64,000 nt of DNA from Candidatus Latescibacterota bacterium (GTDB lineage Bacteria; Latescibacterota; UBA2968; UBA8231): positions 448,001 to 512,000 of the forward strand of contig CBDETK010000013.1 in NCBI GenBank assembly GCA_965242865.1. The letters run 5' to 3'. A program made the position numbers and the translations under genes. Below the pieces are notes generated by a model. The model saw nothing but the letters and a program-made list of their open reading frames with translations, did no database searches and was not told where the DNA came from. Below, piece by piece: positions 40,964 through 49,849 of the stretch; position 1 is the first letter of the stretch; each line of letters begins with the position of its first letter.

Positions 40964-43060
40964 GTGTTGAAACTCGCCGTTGTTGCCGGCTTTATGGTAT
41001 GGAGTAGCCCGGCGGCGATCCGGTGGGACTTCGACGGAGAGACGACGCAAGGATGGGCGGCTAAAAAGAGCATCTCATCCGGTGGCCGGCACGTCTTTCA
41101 CCTATTGGCCAGTGAGGTCAAAGACAGCGTGTGGGTGATCGAGCCCTTTCGCTCGGATGACCACAATCCGAGTGTCGAAGTGATTTCTCCGACGATAGAC
41201 TACGATTCGCGTCTTTTCGACCGGGTGCGAGTGCGATTTCGGATCGCACATCATCGCCCTGCGTTGGGTTCCTTAGCCCTGCGCTGGACGAATCAACACA
41301 ACCGTACTTCTCCGGGTAGGGATCCTGAGCCATCGAAAGGTCGGTTTGGGATTCTCGTACAAGGCGACTTCGTTTATACGACCGAGTGGCAAGAAGTAGA
41401 AATTGACCTTGCCAGTCATCGCAAGGCTCTGTGGGATGGTATGTTACGGGATATTCGGCTGAGTTTTTCCTTGGATCGAGGTGAAACAGGAGTGCCCCGG
41501 CCGGCCGAGGAAAAAGTTGGCCGCTTGGCGATTGATTGGATTGAGTTGACCGGCGTGGAAGAGATCGTACAGGGGGAACTACCGCCGCCTCAAGCCGAGT
41601 ATTTTCGCTTTGAAGGAGGTCAGTACTTTGCTCAGCCAGTCTTTCTTCCTATTGTGCTAGGTTTAGGGGGGTTCTTCGTCTTCGATAGGGCTAGCGTTTT
41701 AACGGACTTGGATAGCGATGGCGACTTAGACCTTTTTTCTGCTTGGGAGGATACCCCACCGAGGAAGTGGCCTATCTCCGGTTGGGTTATGGCCCACAAC
41801 GACGGTAAGGGGTCCCTTGAGCCTGTACTCACAGCGGAGACGCCGGTCTCACCAAGGGTACACGCCGGCGATTTGACCGGCGATGGCCAAGACGAGATTG
41901 TGCTGGCTGGTTGGCCTGACATAGCAGTTGTGTCTATGGGATCAGACCTCGAGACCGAGGAGCTCGTGCAGATAAGCGATCGCTTATTTAAGGGCCTAGC
42001 GGATTGGGATGGTGACGGCGATGTCGAACTCTTTTCCACAGCACTCGAATACGATTCAAACGGATATCCAGCAGACGGAGAGGCCCATTTTGAAGTATGG
42101 GATGTAGCAAACGGGGTGTGGTCGGCTGCGCAATTGGCAAAACCTGAAAACGGCCCCCTCTACCTCTATCAGATCGGCGACCTTACCGGCAATGGGATGC
42201 TGGAGGGTCTATGGATGTCGGGCTTCGGCGACGCATCCACTTGGCAGGTGACTCGCTTGGGCGAAGTGCTCGTGGCGGGCGAACCATTGGCCTTTGAGTC
42301 GGGTGGTTGGCCTCTTTTTTTACAAGGGAACGATGTGGATGACGATGGGCAGGTAGAGTTGCTGACGGCCCTGCGCTACGACGGTGCTGAACAACGCAAG
42401 GGACTGGTTGTACAGAGCAGCCGCCCCGGCGGTGTTGTAGAGACGGAGGTGTTGTATGATGAGCGGCTGTTTTTGCGCTCGCCGGTGGTGGTGGGCGACT
42501 TAAATGCCGATGGGGTTGAGGACTGGGCGTTTGTCGGCGGCGATCGTGCGTCGGGCTTTGGGGTGTTCGTCGAATGGGGCGGAGGCGTGACCCCAACAGA
42601 AGACGTGGAAACGCATCGCTTAGAGGGCGATGGGGTACAGGTACTGCCGGGCGATATCGATGGCGACGGCGATGTCGATTTGGTGGTGTTGGATCCGGTC
42701 TTGGGCGGTGTGCATCTGCTCAAGAGTTCGCTGAGCGATCCGCTAACAGCGGTGCTAACGCCGACGGCAGCGCGACCGGCGCAATATCGGCTGGGCGACA
42801 GCTATCCCAACCCGTTCAATCCGGCGGTGGTGTTGCCGCTTGATTTGGCAACGGACGCGGCGAGCGTGTCGCTGACCGTGTACGACGTGTTGGGTCGTCG
42901 GGTGCGGCAGGTGTGGGACGGGCCGCTGGGGGCGGGGAGCCATCGGTTTACTTGGGATGGCCGCGACGAGGCGGGTAAGGCCGTGGCCGCGGGCGTGTAT
43001 ATCTATCGCGTCGAGATGGACGGGCGAGTCGAAGCGAAAAAGACGACGAAGCTGCCTTAG
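40964..43060 (+). CDS. Secreted FG-GAP/VCBS-repeat protein with C-terminal FlgD-Ig/T9SS-type domain (paralogue 1)
   Basis: Signal peptide; repeated DLDSDGDLDL/GDLTGDGQDEI/DIDGDGDVDL motifs; C-terminal SYPNPFNP...YDVLGRRVR...WDGRDEAG...GVYIYR. Confidence 0.85.
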   Translation: MLKLAVVAGFMVWSSPAAIRWDFDGETTQGWAAKKSISSGGRHVFHLLASEVKDSVWVIEPFRSDDHNPSVEVISPTIDYDSRLFDRVRVRFRIAHHRPALGSLALRWTNQHNRTSPGRDPEPSKGRFGILVQGDFVYTTEWQEVEIDLASHRKALWDGMLRDIRLSFSLDRGETGVPRPAEEKVGRLAIDWIELTGVEEIVQGELPPPQAEYFRFEGGQYFAQPVFLPIVLGLGGFFVFDRASVLTDLDSDGDLDLFSAWEDTPPRKWPISGWVMAHNDGKGSLEPVLTAETPVSPRVHAGDLTGDGQDEIVLAGWPDIAVVSMGSDLETEELVQISDRLFKGLADWDGDGDVELFSTALEYDSNGYPADGEAHFEVWDVANGVWSAAQLAKPENGPLYLYQIGDLTGNGMLEGLWMSGFGDASTWQVTRLGEVLVAGEPLAFESGGWPLFLQGNDVDDDGQVELLTALRYDGAEQRKGLVVQSSRPGGVVETEVLYDERLFLRSPVVVGDLNADGVEDWAFVGGDRASGFGVFVEWGGGVTPTEDVETHRLEGDGVQVLPGDIDGDGDVDLVVLDPVLGGVHLLKSSLSDPLTAVLTPTAARPAQYRLGDSYPNPFNPAVVLPLDLATDAASVSLTVYDVLGRRVRQVWDGPLGAGSHRFTWDGRDEAGKAVAAGVYIYRVEMDGRVEAKKTTKLP

Positions 43061-43179
43061 ACCGCTTGTCGATGTTGTTGTTCGGGTCGCCGCTACGGGA
43101 CCGCCGAGAGGATATAGCAGTCCTAAATGACTCGAAAACATGGAATGTTGATCGGCACCGTCTTTTCTACCTATGAAAA

Positions 43180-43206
43180 GTCATTCCCGCAACAGCGGGA
43201 ATCCAG
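43180..43206. repeat. REP-like palindrome
   Basis: GTCATTCCCGC-AACA-GCGGGAATCCAG hairpin in an intergenic region. Confidence 0.7.
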
Positions 43207-43243
43207 TCTTGAATGATGTAAGATTGCGATAGGAGGTGCTGTC

Positions 43244-45424
43244 GTGTTGCTCATTTTCTTATGTGCAGGGATGGTGCTGTTGAGTAGCCCGGCGATGGCG
43301 ATCCGGTGGAATTTTGACGACGGGACGACCCAAGGATGGGGTGCCAAGAAACCTGGTAGTGCCGGGGGGGATCATCAATTTTACCCGTTGTCTGGGACGG
43401 TCGAAGCGGGGGTATGGCGGATTAGTGCCTTTCGCACCGATGGCCTCAGCGGATCCGGGGCCACCTTGATTTCTCCGACGATAGGCCATGATTCGCACCT
43501 TTTTGACCGAGTGCGAGTGCGGTTCCGCACAGTCCATCCCAGTCCGACGACCGGAGCCCTAATCCTCCTATGGACCAATGAGCATAACCTCATGTTTCCG
43601 GGAAATGACCCCTTACTAGGAAGGGGGCGATTTTCTCTTTCCGCAAACGGGACCTACGGCGAGTTGTTATACACGACCGAATGGCAGGAGTTCGAGTTTT
43701 CGTTGACCGACATGGAGGAGAACTCCTTTGGGTACTATCCCTTATGGGCGGGGCTGTTAGATGATATTCGACTGGATTTTGTCGTGGAGTTTATGATGGG
43801 ATCGCAGCCGGATCGCCCCGCTTCGACGAAGGTGTCGGCGTTGGAAGTGGATTGGATTGAGTTGACCGGGGTGGAAGAGGTGTTACAGGGCGAATTGCCT
43901 CGGCCGCCGGTGTTCGATATAGGCGTTGGAGGGCCGAAGGTTTTCGCGCCGCCGGTGTTCTACCCGATTGCGCCGGGCTTAGGCTTATTTCGTCTTTTAG
44001 GCGACGCCCAACAAGGGGTCTTGGCCGACTTGGATGGGGATGGTGACCTCGATTTGTGCTCCTTCTTCTGGTTGCTAGAGGAGCGCCTCGGCGGCTGGGT
44101 CATAGCGCGCAACGACGGGATGGGGGCGTTTGAAACCGTCCGCGTCGAGCCGGTGGACGACTTCGCGTATTATCCGAGGCTGTCTGTCGGCGATGTGACC
44201 GGCGATGGTCGCGCCGAACTGGTGCGGAGTCTCGAACGGTCGGACCTCGGGGTTTGGTCGGTCGGCTCGGAGTTCCAGTTGGAGCTCCTCGTGCAGAAGC
44301 CCAATCGTCGGTTGGTGGATTTAGCCGATTGGGATGGCGATGGGATGCTGGAAGTGTTTGCCCAACCTGTGGACGAGGACGAATCGTTTTTGGAAGGGTG
44401 GGACCTCGTAAACGGCGAGTGGACGTTCTCCGAGTGGCCGGTGCCCGCCTCGGCCTCCGGGCTGTCGTGGGCGCATCAGATCGGCGACTTTACCGGCGAT
44501 GGGACGCTGGAAGTGCTGTGGGGACCGCCCGCTTTTTGGGAGCCGGAGCTGTTTGAACAAGCCATCTCGTTGCGCGTGGCAGGCTTCGGGGCTGATCCGA
44601 CACAGGGGGTGCTGTTTGAAAGGGTCATGCCGCTTTCTCTCCTCGCGGGTCGAGCCGGCGATTTCGACAGCGATGGGCAGGTGGACTTGCTGGCCGGCTT
44701 CCGCGAGGACTTCCAAGAGCAGCGCAAGGGCTTGGCCGTGTGGAGCAGCCGTCCCGATGGCTTAACGCAAGAGGTGCTCTATGATGAGTATCTGTTCCTG
44801 CGCTCGTCGGTGGTGGTGCGCGATCTGAATGCCGATGGCTTGGACGATTGGGTGTTCGTCGGCGGGGACTATGCGTTGGGTTTTGGCGTGTTCGTCGCAT
44901 GGGGTGGCGGCTTGCATCCGAATAGAGCGGTGGAATGGCATCGCTTGGCTGGCGATGGGGTCGAGGGGGCTGTGCCGACGGGACTGGAGGGAAATGGCGT
45001 GGCAGTGCTGCCCGGGGACGTGGACAGCGATGGCGATGTGGATTTGGTGGTGTTGGATCATGCCTTAGGGGGCGTCCATGTGCTCAAGAATCCGCTGGGC
45101 GGGCAGATGACCGCGGTGTTGACGCCGGCGGCAGCGCGCCCGGCGCAACATCGGCTGGGCGACAGCTATCCCAATCCGTTCAATCCGGCGGTGGTGCTGC
45201 CGCTCGATTTGGCCGAGGACGCAGTGGAGGTATCGCTACGGGTACATGACGTGTTGGGTCGTCGGGTGCGTCAGGTGTGGGACGGGCCGCTGCGGGCGGG
45301 GAGCCATCGGTTTACTTGGGATGGCCGCGACGAGGCAGGTAAAGATGTGGCCGCGGGCGTGTATATCTATCGGGTCGAGATGGACAGACAGGTGGAAGCA
45401 AAAAAGACGACCAAGCTGCCGTGA
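43244..45424 (+). CDS. Secreted FG-GAP/FlgD-domain protein (paralogue 2)
   Basis: Same architecture as paralogue 1; AGGAGG RBS and GTG start. Confidence 0.85.
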   Translation: MLLIFLCAGMVLLSSPAMAIRWNFDDGTTQGWGAKKPGSAGGDHQFYPLSGTVEAGVWRISAFRTDGLSGSGATLISPTIGHDSHLFDRVRVRFRTVHPSPTTGALILLWTNEHNLMFPGNDPLLGRGRFSLSANGTYGELLYTTEWQEFEFSLTDMEENSFGYYPLWAGLLDDIRLDFVVEFMMGSQPDRPASTKVSALEVDWIELTGVEEVLQGELPRPPVFDIGVGGPKVFAPPVFYPIAPGLGLFRLLGDAQQGVLADLDGDGDLDLCSFFWLLEERLGGWVIARNDGMGAFETVRVEPVDDFAYYPRLSVGDVTGDGRAELVRSLERSDLGVWSVGSEFQLELLVQKPNRRLVDLADWDGDGMLEVFAQPVDEDESFLEGWDLVNGEWTFSEWPVPASASGLSWAHQIGDFTGDGTLEVLWGPPAFWEPELFEQAISLRVAGFGADPTQGVLFERVMPLSLLAGRAGDFDSDGQVDLLAGFREDFQEQRKGLAVWSSRPDGLTQEVLYDEYLFLRSSVVVRDLNADGLDDWVFVGGDYALGFGVFVAWGGGLHPNRAVEWHRLAGDGVEGAVPTGLEGNGVAVLPGDVDSDGDVDLVVLDHALGGVHVLKNPLGGQMTAVLTPAAARPAQHRLGDSYPNPFNPAVVLPLDLAEDAVEVSLRVHDVLGRRVRQVWDGPLRAGSHRFTWDGRDEAGKDVAAGVYIYRVEMDRQVEAKKTTKLP

Positions 45425-45447
45425 GATTTGAACGAGGATGAGACGGC

Positions 45448-45550
45448 ATGAGACCGCCTAAGCATCCATTCATGGAAAGTTCCGTTGCGAAAGAATAGAA
45501 CCCTGCAAAGCTGCTTGGCGGTGTCGCTGGCCTTGCATCTGCTGGTGATT
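45448..45550 (+). pseudogene. 5' remnant of the DUF4159 gene at 48197
   Basis: TGGAAAGTTCCG.TGCGAAA.AATAGAAC..TGCAAAGCTGCTTGGCGGTGTCGCTGGCCTTGCATCTGCTGGTGAT is shared with about 48209-48285. Confidence 0.8.
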
Positions 45551-45579
45551 ATCTTGACGGCGCAACCCGGAAAGTCGCG

Positions 45580-45642
45580 TAATCCACGGAAAATCGTGTA
45601 AAATCCACGGAAAATCGTGTAAAATCCACGGAAAATCGTGTA
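45580..45642 (+). repeat. Three tandem 21-bp direct repeats
   Basis: (A)AATCCACGGAAAATCGTGTA x3, with no spacers. Confidence 0.9.
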
Positions 45643-45760
45643 AAGCCTTGCGCCACGGGCTGAGGCTGCCGCTCGTAAGAAGCCTTGTTCATTATTTTAA
45701 GTCTCATATTTTCAACCCTTTAGGTCAATCCTAGAAAATTTTTTGTGCATGTCCTGCTTT

Positions 45761-45777
45761 TTGGCACGCAATTTGCT
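45761..45777 (+). promoter_or_regulatory. Putative sigma54 promoter
   Basis: TTGGCACGCAATTTGCT, a near-consensus TGGCACG-N4-TTGC about 33 bp before the GTG at 45810. Confidence 0.75.
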
Positions 45778-45809
45778 TATATAATCCGTAGAAGCAAGGA
45801 GGTGCTGGC

Positions 45810-48002
45810 GTGTTGCTCGTTTCTATTTGTACATGGATGGTGCTGTTGAGTAGCCCGGCCGCGGCGATCCGGTGGGATTTTGACGATGGGACGACGCAAG
45901 GATGGGGGGCCAAGAAACCTATTAGTGCCGGGGGGAATCACCTGTTTTTTTCGTTATCTGGGGCGGTCGAAGCAGGCGTGTGGCGGATTAATGCCTTTCG
46001 CACCGATGGCCTCAGCGGCTCTGGGGTGACCTTGATTTCTCCGACGATAGGCCATGACTCGCACCTTTTCGACCGAGTGCGAGTGCGATTCCGCACAGTC
46101 CATCCTAGTCCGACAACAGGAGCTTTACTTCTCCTATGGACCAATGAGCACAACCTCATGTTTCCGGGGAGTGACCCTCTACCGAAAAGGAGTCGGTTTT
46201 CTCTTAGTGCAAACGGGAACTACGGCGAATTGCTATATACGACCGAATGGCAAGAGTTCGAGTTTTCGTTGATCGACATGGAGGAGAGTTCCTTCGGGTA
46301 TCAGCGTTTATGGGAGGGACTGTTAGATGACATTCGGCTGATGTTTGTTGTGGAGTTTATGATGGGGTCGCTGCCGGACCGGCCGGCTTCGACGAAGGTG
46401 TCGGCCTTAGAAGTGGATTGGATTGAGTTGACCGGCGTTGAAGAGGTGTTACAGGGCGAATTGCCTCGGCCGCCGGTATTCGATCTGGGCGTTGAAGGGC
46501 CGAAAGTTTTCGCGCCGCCGGTGTTCTATCCGATTGTGCGGGACTTAGGTCCCTTTCGGCTCTTTGGCGCCGCCCAAGAAGAGGTTTTGACCGACTTAGA
46601 TGGCGATGGCGCCCTCGACCTGTTCGCCTTCTGGGGAGGGATCGAGGGCGGCTGGGTCATGGCGCGCAACAACGGACAGGGGGCGTTTGAAACCATACGC
46701 ATCGAGCCGTTGGACCAGCTAATGTATGATCGACGAGTGCGCGTTGGCGATGTGACCGGCGATGGCCAAGACGAAATCGTGCTGGGTTTCCAACGGGGGG
46801 AAATATGGGACCTCGGCGTTTGGGCGGTCTCAGCGGAGTTCCAGATCGAACCTCTCGTGCAGAAGCCCAATCGTCGGTTGGTTGACTTAGCCGATTGGGA
46901 TGGCGATGGGCAGGCGGAAGTGTTTGCCCAACCTGTGGACGGGAACGACTCGTTTTTGGAGGGGTGGGACTGGGAAAATGGCGAGTGGACGTTTGCTGAG
47001 TGGCCGGTGCCCGCCCCGGCCTCCGGGCTGTCGTGGGCGCATCAAATCGGCGACTTTACCGGCGATGGGACGCTGGAAGTGCTGTGGGGACCGGCCGCTG
47101 TGGAGTGGCCGGAACTGTTTGAACAAGCCATCTCGTTTCGCGCCGCTGTCTTAGGATCCGATCCGACACAGGGGGTGCTGTTTGAAAAGGTCATGCCGCT
47201 TTCTCTCCTCGCCGGGCGAGCCAGCGATTTCGACAGCGATGGACAAGTGGACTTGCTGGCCGGCTTCCGCGAGGACTTCCTAGAGCAGCGCAAGGGCCTA
47301 GCCGTGTGGAGTAGCCATCCCGATGGCTTAAAGCAAGAGGTGATCTACGATGAGAATCTGTTCCTGCTTTCGCCGGTGGTGGTGCGCGACCTGAATGCCG
47401 ACGGGTTGGACGATTGGGCGTTTATCGGCGGGGATTATGCGTTGGGTTTTGGCGTATTCGTCGTCTGGGGCGGCGGCTTGCATCCGCGTCCAGCGGTGGA
47501 ATGGCATCGCTTGAGCGGGGCGGGCGTGGAGCGTTTGGAAGCCGGGGATGTGCCGTCGGGCTTGGAAGGGAATGGCGTGGCAGTGCTGCCCGGCGATGTC
47601 GATGGCGACGGCGATGTCGATTTGGTGGTGTTGGATCGGGCTTTAGAGGGCGTCCATGTGCTCAAGAATCCGCTGGGCGGGCCGATGACCGCAGTGTTGA
47701 CGCCAGCGGCAGCGCGGTCAGCGCAGTATCGGCTGGGCGACAGCTATCCCAATCCGTTCAATCCGGCGGTGGTGTTGCCGCTCGATTTGGCGACGGACGC
47801 GAAGAGCATGTCGCTGGCGGTACATGACGTGTTGGGTCGTCGGGTGCGGCAGGTGTGGCAGGGGCCGCTGGGGGCAGGCAGCCATCGGTTGGTATGGGAT
47901 GGGCGCGACGAGGCAGGTAGGGCCGTGGCCGCGGGCGTGTATATCTATCGGGTCGAGATGGACGGACGGGTGGAAGCGAAAAAGACGACCAAGCTGCCGT
48001 GA
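45810..48002 (+). CDS. Secreted FG-GAP/FlgD-domain protein (paralogue 3)
   Basis: Closely similar to paralogue 2 over long stretches; same C-terminal domain. Confidence 0.85.
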   Translation: MLLVSICTWMVLLSSPAAAIRWDFDDGTTQGWGAKKPISAGGNHLFFSLSGAVEAGVWRINAFRTDGLSGSGVTLISPTIGHDSHLFDRVRVRFRTVHPSPTTGALLLLWTNEHNLMFPGSDPLPKRSRFSLSANGNYGELLYTTEWQEFEFSLIDMEESSFGYQRLWEGLLDDIRLMFVVEFMMGSLPDRPASTKVSALEVDWIELTGVEEVLQGELPRPPVFDLGVEGPKVFAPPVFYPIVRDLGPFRLFGAAQEEVLTDLDGDGALDLFAFWGGIEGGWVMARNNGQGAFETIRIEPLDQLMYDRRVRVGDVTGDGQDEIVLGFQRGEIWDLGVWAVSAEFQIEPLVQKPNRRLVDLADWDGDGQAEVFAQPVDGNDSFLEGWDWENGEWTFAEWPVPAPASGLSWAHQIGDFTGDGTLEVLWGPAAVEWPELFEQAISFRAAVLGSDPTQGVLFEKVMPLSLLAGRASDFDSDGQVDLLAGFREDFLEQRKGLAVWSSHPDGLKQEVIYDENLFLLSPVVVRDLNADGLDDWAFIGGDYALGFGVFVVWGGGLHPRPAVEWHRLSGAGVERLEAGDVPSGLEGNGVAVLPGDVDGDGDVDLVVLDRALEGVHVLKNPLGGPMTAVLTPAAARSAQYRLGDSYPNPFNPAVVLPLDLATDAKSMSLAVHDVLGRRVRQVWQGPLGAGSHRLVWDGRDEAGRAVAAGVYIYRVEMDGRVEAKKTTKLP

Positions 48003-48032
48003 GTTGAGCTAGTGATTCGGCTTGGTCCTTTG

Positions 48033-48086
48033 CTGGATTCCCGCCCCGTGTCGGAGCACGGGGTGACGTTCTTTTGCAGGAATGAC
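48033..48086. repeat. REP-like element (inverted orientation, with internal hairpin)
   Basis: CTGGATTCCCGC-CCCGTGTCGGAGCACGGGG...GCAGGAATGAC. Confidence 0.65.
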
Positions 48087-48196
48087 CGCTAGAGGCGTCA
48101 GGCAAGACGAGCCAAAAGCAATATGAGTGTTAAGAACGCTTCTAAGCATTTACTGGATTTACTCCGGTTTAATCCGTTGCGAAGGGATGGGAGCCG

Positions 48197-49537
48197 ATGA
48201 GACGGCCGTGGAAAGTTCCGCTGCGAAAAAATAGAACGTTGCAAAGCTGCTTGGCGGTGTCGCTGGCCTTGCATCTGCTGGTGATCTTCGGCATCACGCA
48301 CCGCGAGCAAATCAGCCAATTCCCCGTCCTGCAGCCGATCATGGTGGAGTTTATCAAGCGTCCACCGCCGCAGCGGACGCTGACCCGTCGGCAACGCCCC
48401 CGGCAGCGTCCGTTGGTGCGCCGCCCCGCCCTGCAAGCAGCTCCGGTCGCCGCGGTGCGGCCAGCCCCCTCGGCCATGCGCCCCCTGCCGATGTTCAAGT
48501 CGTCGTCGCTCCGGTTGCCGATGGCGTCGCTGCCCGACCGGCTGGTGCTGCCGGTGCCGGACTTCCCGGCTCGGCACATTGGTCCGCAATTGCGGGCGGG
48601 GGCGTTAGAAGGGACGCGGCAGGGGGCCGACGAGATCGACTTGGGCATAGAGCTGATGGACGTGCAGGCCATGGACACCGGCCGGCACCGGGCGATGGTC
48701 GTAGTGGATCCCAACGATCGGCGCGAGCTCAAGGGATTCCTCTATATGTCCGGCGTCTATAGCCCTTCCATTGATCGGGCGGAGTACAGCCAACAGGCCG
48801 AAAGCATGAAGGTGCGCTGGTATCACCAGATGCCGCGCCAGATGGTCGAGCGGCGGATGCTGCAAGGGTTGGCCGATAAGATGGTCGCAAATACGCAGGT
48901 CCACGTCGAAGTGCGCGACGCGGTCTCGCTGGAGGATCCGAAGCTCTTGGAAGTCCCCTTCGTGTTGATGACGGTCGATACGCCCTTTGAGTTTACGGAC
49001 AGCGAGGCGGCCAACCTCGGGGCGTATTTGACCGCTGGCGGCTTCCTGTTTGTGGACATTGTCAGCCTGTTGTGGGATACGTATCGCGACGACGAATTAG
49101 ACATTCCGGCGGTGCGCTCCCTCATTCGCGCTGGCTTCCAAGCGGTGGGCTATCGAGAGTGGAAGGACTGGCAGTTTGCCCGGCTGGAGATAGGCCATCC
49201 GCTCTATCACTGCTTCTACGATGTACAGAGCCTGCCGCGGGGGATGCGCGACCTGCACTTTATCGCCGGCGAATACCCGCCGCGCACCCCGGATTATTTG
49301 GAGGGCATCATGGTAGGGGAGCAGTTGGTGGGCGTGTATTCGATGCGCAACTACGCTGATTTTTGGGCCGGTATCGGGCGGGAGCTGGTGGATTGGTCTT
49401 TGACTAATGGCGTGGTCAACCACGCGGGTATGGCCAGCGCCGAGGAGCCGTTGGTCTATAATTTGGGAGTAAATCTCGTCGTGTACGCCCTGACCCGCGA
49501 AGGGTCCTTAGCACGGCAACTAGTCCAAGTAGAGTAA
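48197..49537 (+). CDS. DUF4159-like protein with TonB-like N-terminal anchor and Pro-rich linker
   Basis: TM with SLALH (S-x3-H), Pro/Arg-rich stretch, then PFVLMT...FEFTDSEAANLGAYLTAGGFLFVD...HPLYHCFYD...LGVNLVVYALT. Confidence 0.75.
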   Translation: MRRPWKVPLRKNRTLQSCLAVSLALHLLVIFGITHREQISQFPVLQPIMVEFIKRPPPQRTLTRRQRPRQRPLVRRPALQAAPVAAVRPAPSAMRPLPMFKSSSLRLPMASLPDRLVLPVPDFPARHIGPQLRAGALEGTRQGADEIDLGIELMDVQAMDTGRHRAMVVVDPNDRRELKGFLYMSGVYSPSIDRAEYSQQAESMKVRWYHQMPRQMVERRMLQGLADKMVANTQVHVEVRDAVSLEDPKLLEVPFVLMTVDTPFEFTDSEAANLGAYLTAGGFLFVDIVSLLWDTYRDDELDIPAVRSLIRAGFQAVGYREWKDWQFARLEIGHPLYHCFYDVQSLPRGMRDLHFIAGEYPPRTPDYLEGIMVGEQLVGVYSMRNYADFWAGIGRELVDWSLTNGVVNHAGMASAEEPLVYNLGVNLVVYALTREGSLARQLVQVE

Positions 49538-49555
49538 ATCGAGAGGAGGATTACC

Positions 49556-49849
49556 ATGATACGCATTGACACCTTAGAACGCTGCGGCACAACCCTGACC
49601 ATCGAGCTCTCGGGGTATATCAACAGGAGGGAGTTCGAGATCCTGCGCGACTGCCTGAAAGAGTACGCCGAGGAGGGGATAACCGAGGTTTGCATCGTGG
49701 CGAAAGAAGTGCGGAACTTCAACACAACGCTCGAGCGAGACGTAATCGCTTTGAAGCAACTGGGCCTGAAGCTGCGCTTCCAGCAAACGAGTGTTTTCCT
49801 AAGACACGTGTTAGACATTTGGGGTTTGGGGGACTGGCTAGATGATTAA
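49556..49849 (+). CDS. Small STAS-like domain protein
   Basis: 97 aa, GAGGAGG RBS; LTIELSGYI...SVFLRHVLDIWGL resembles anti-anti-sigma STAS termini. Confidence 0.55.
   Translation: MIRIDTLERCGTTLTIELSGYINRREFEILRDCLKEYAEEGITEVCIVAKEVRNFNTTLERDVIALKQLGLKLRFQQTSVFLRHVLDIWGLGDWLDD

Noticed and set aside
43152-43168. Sigma54-like site upstream of FG-GAP paralogue 2
   Set aside because: CGGCAC is present but the -12 GC is missing (TTTCT)
45580-45642. Mini CRISPR array
   Set aside because: Repeats are contiguous with no spacers, and there are no cas genes
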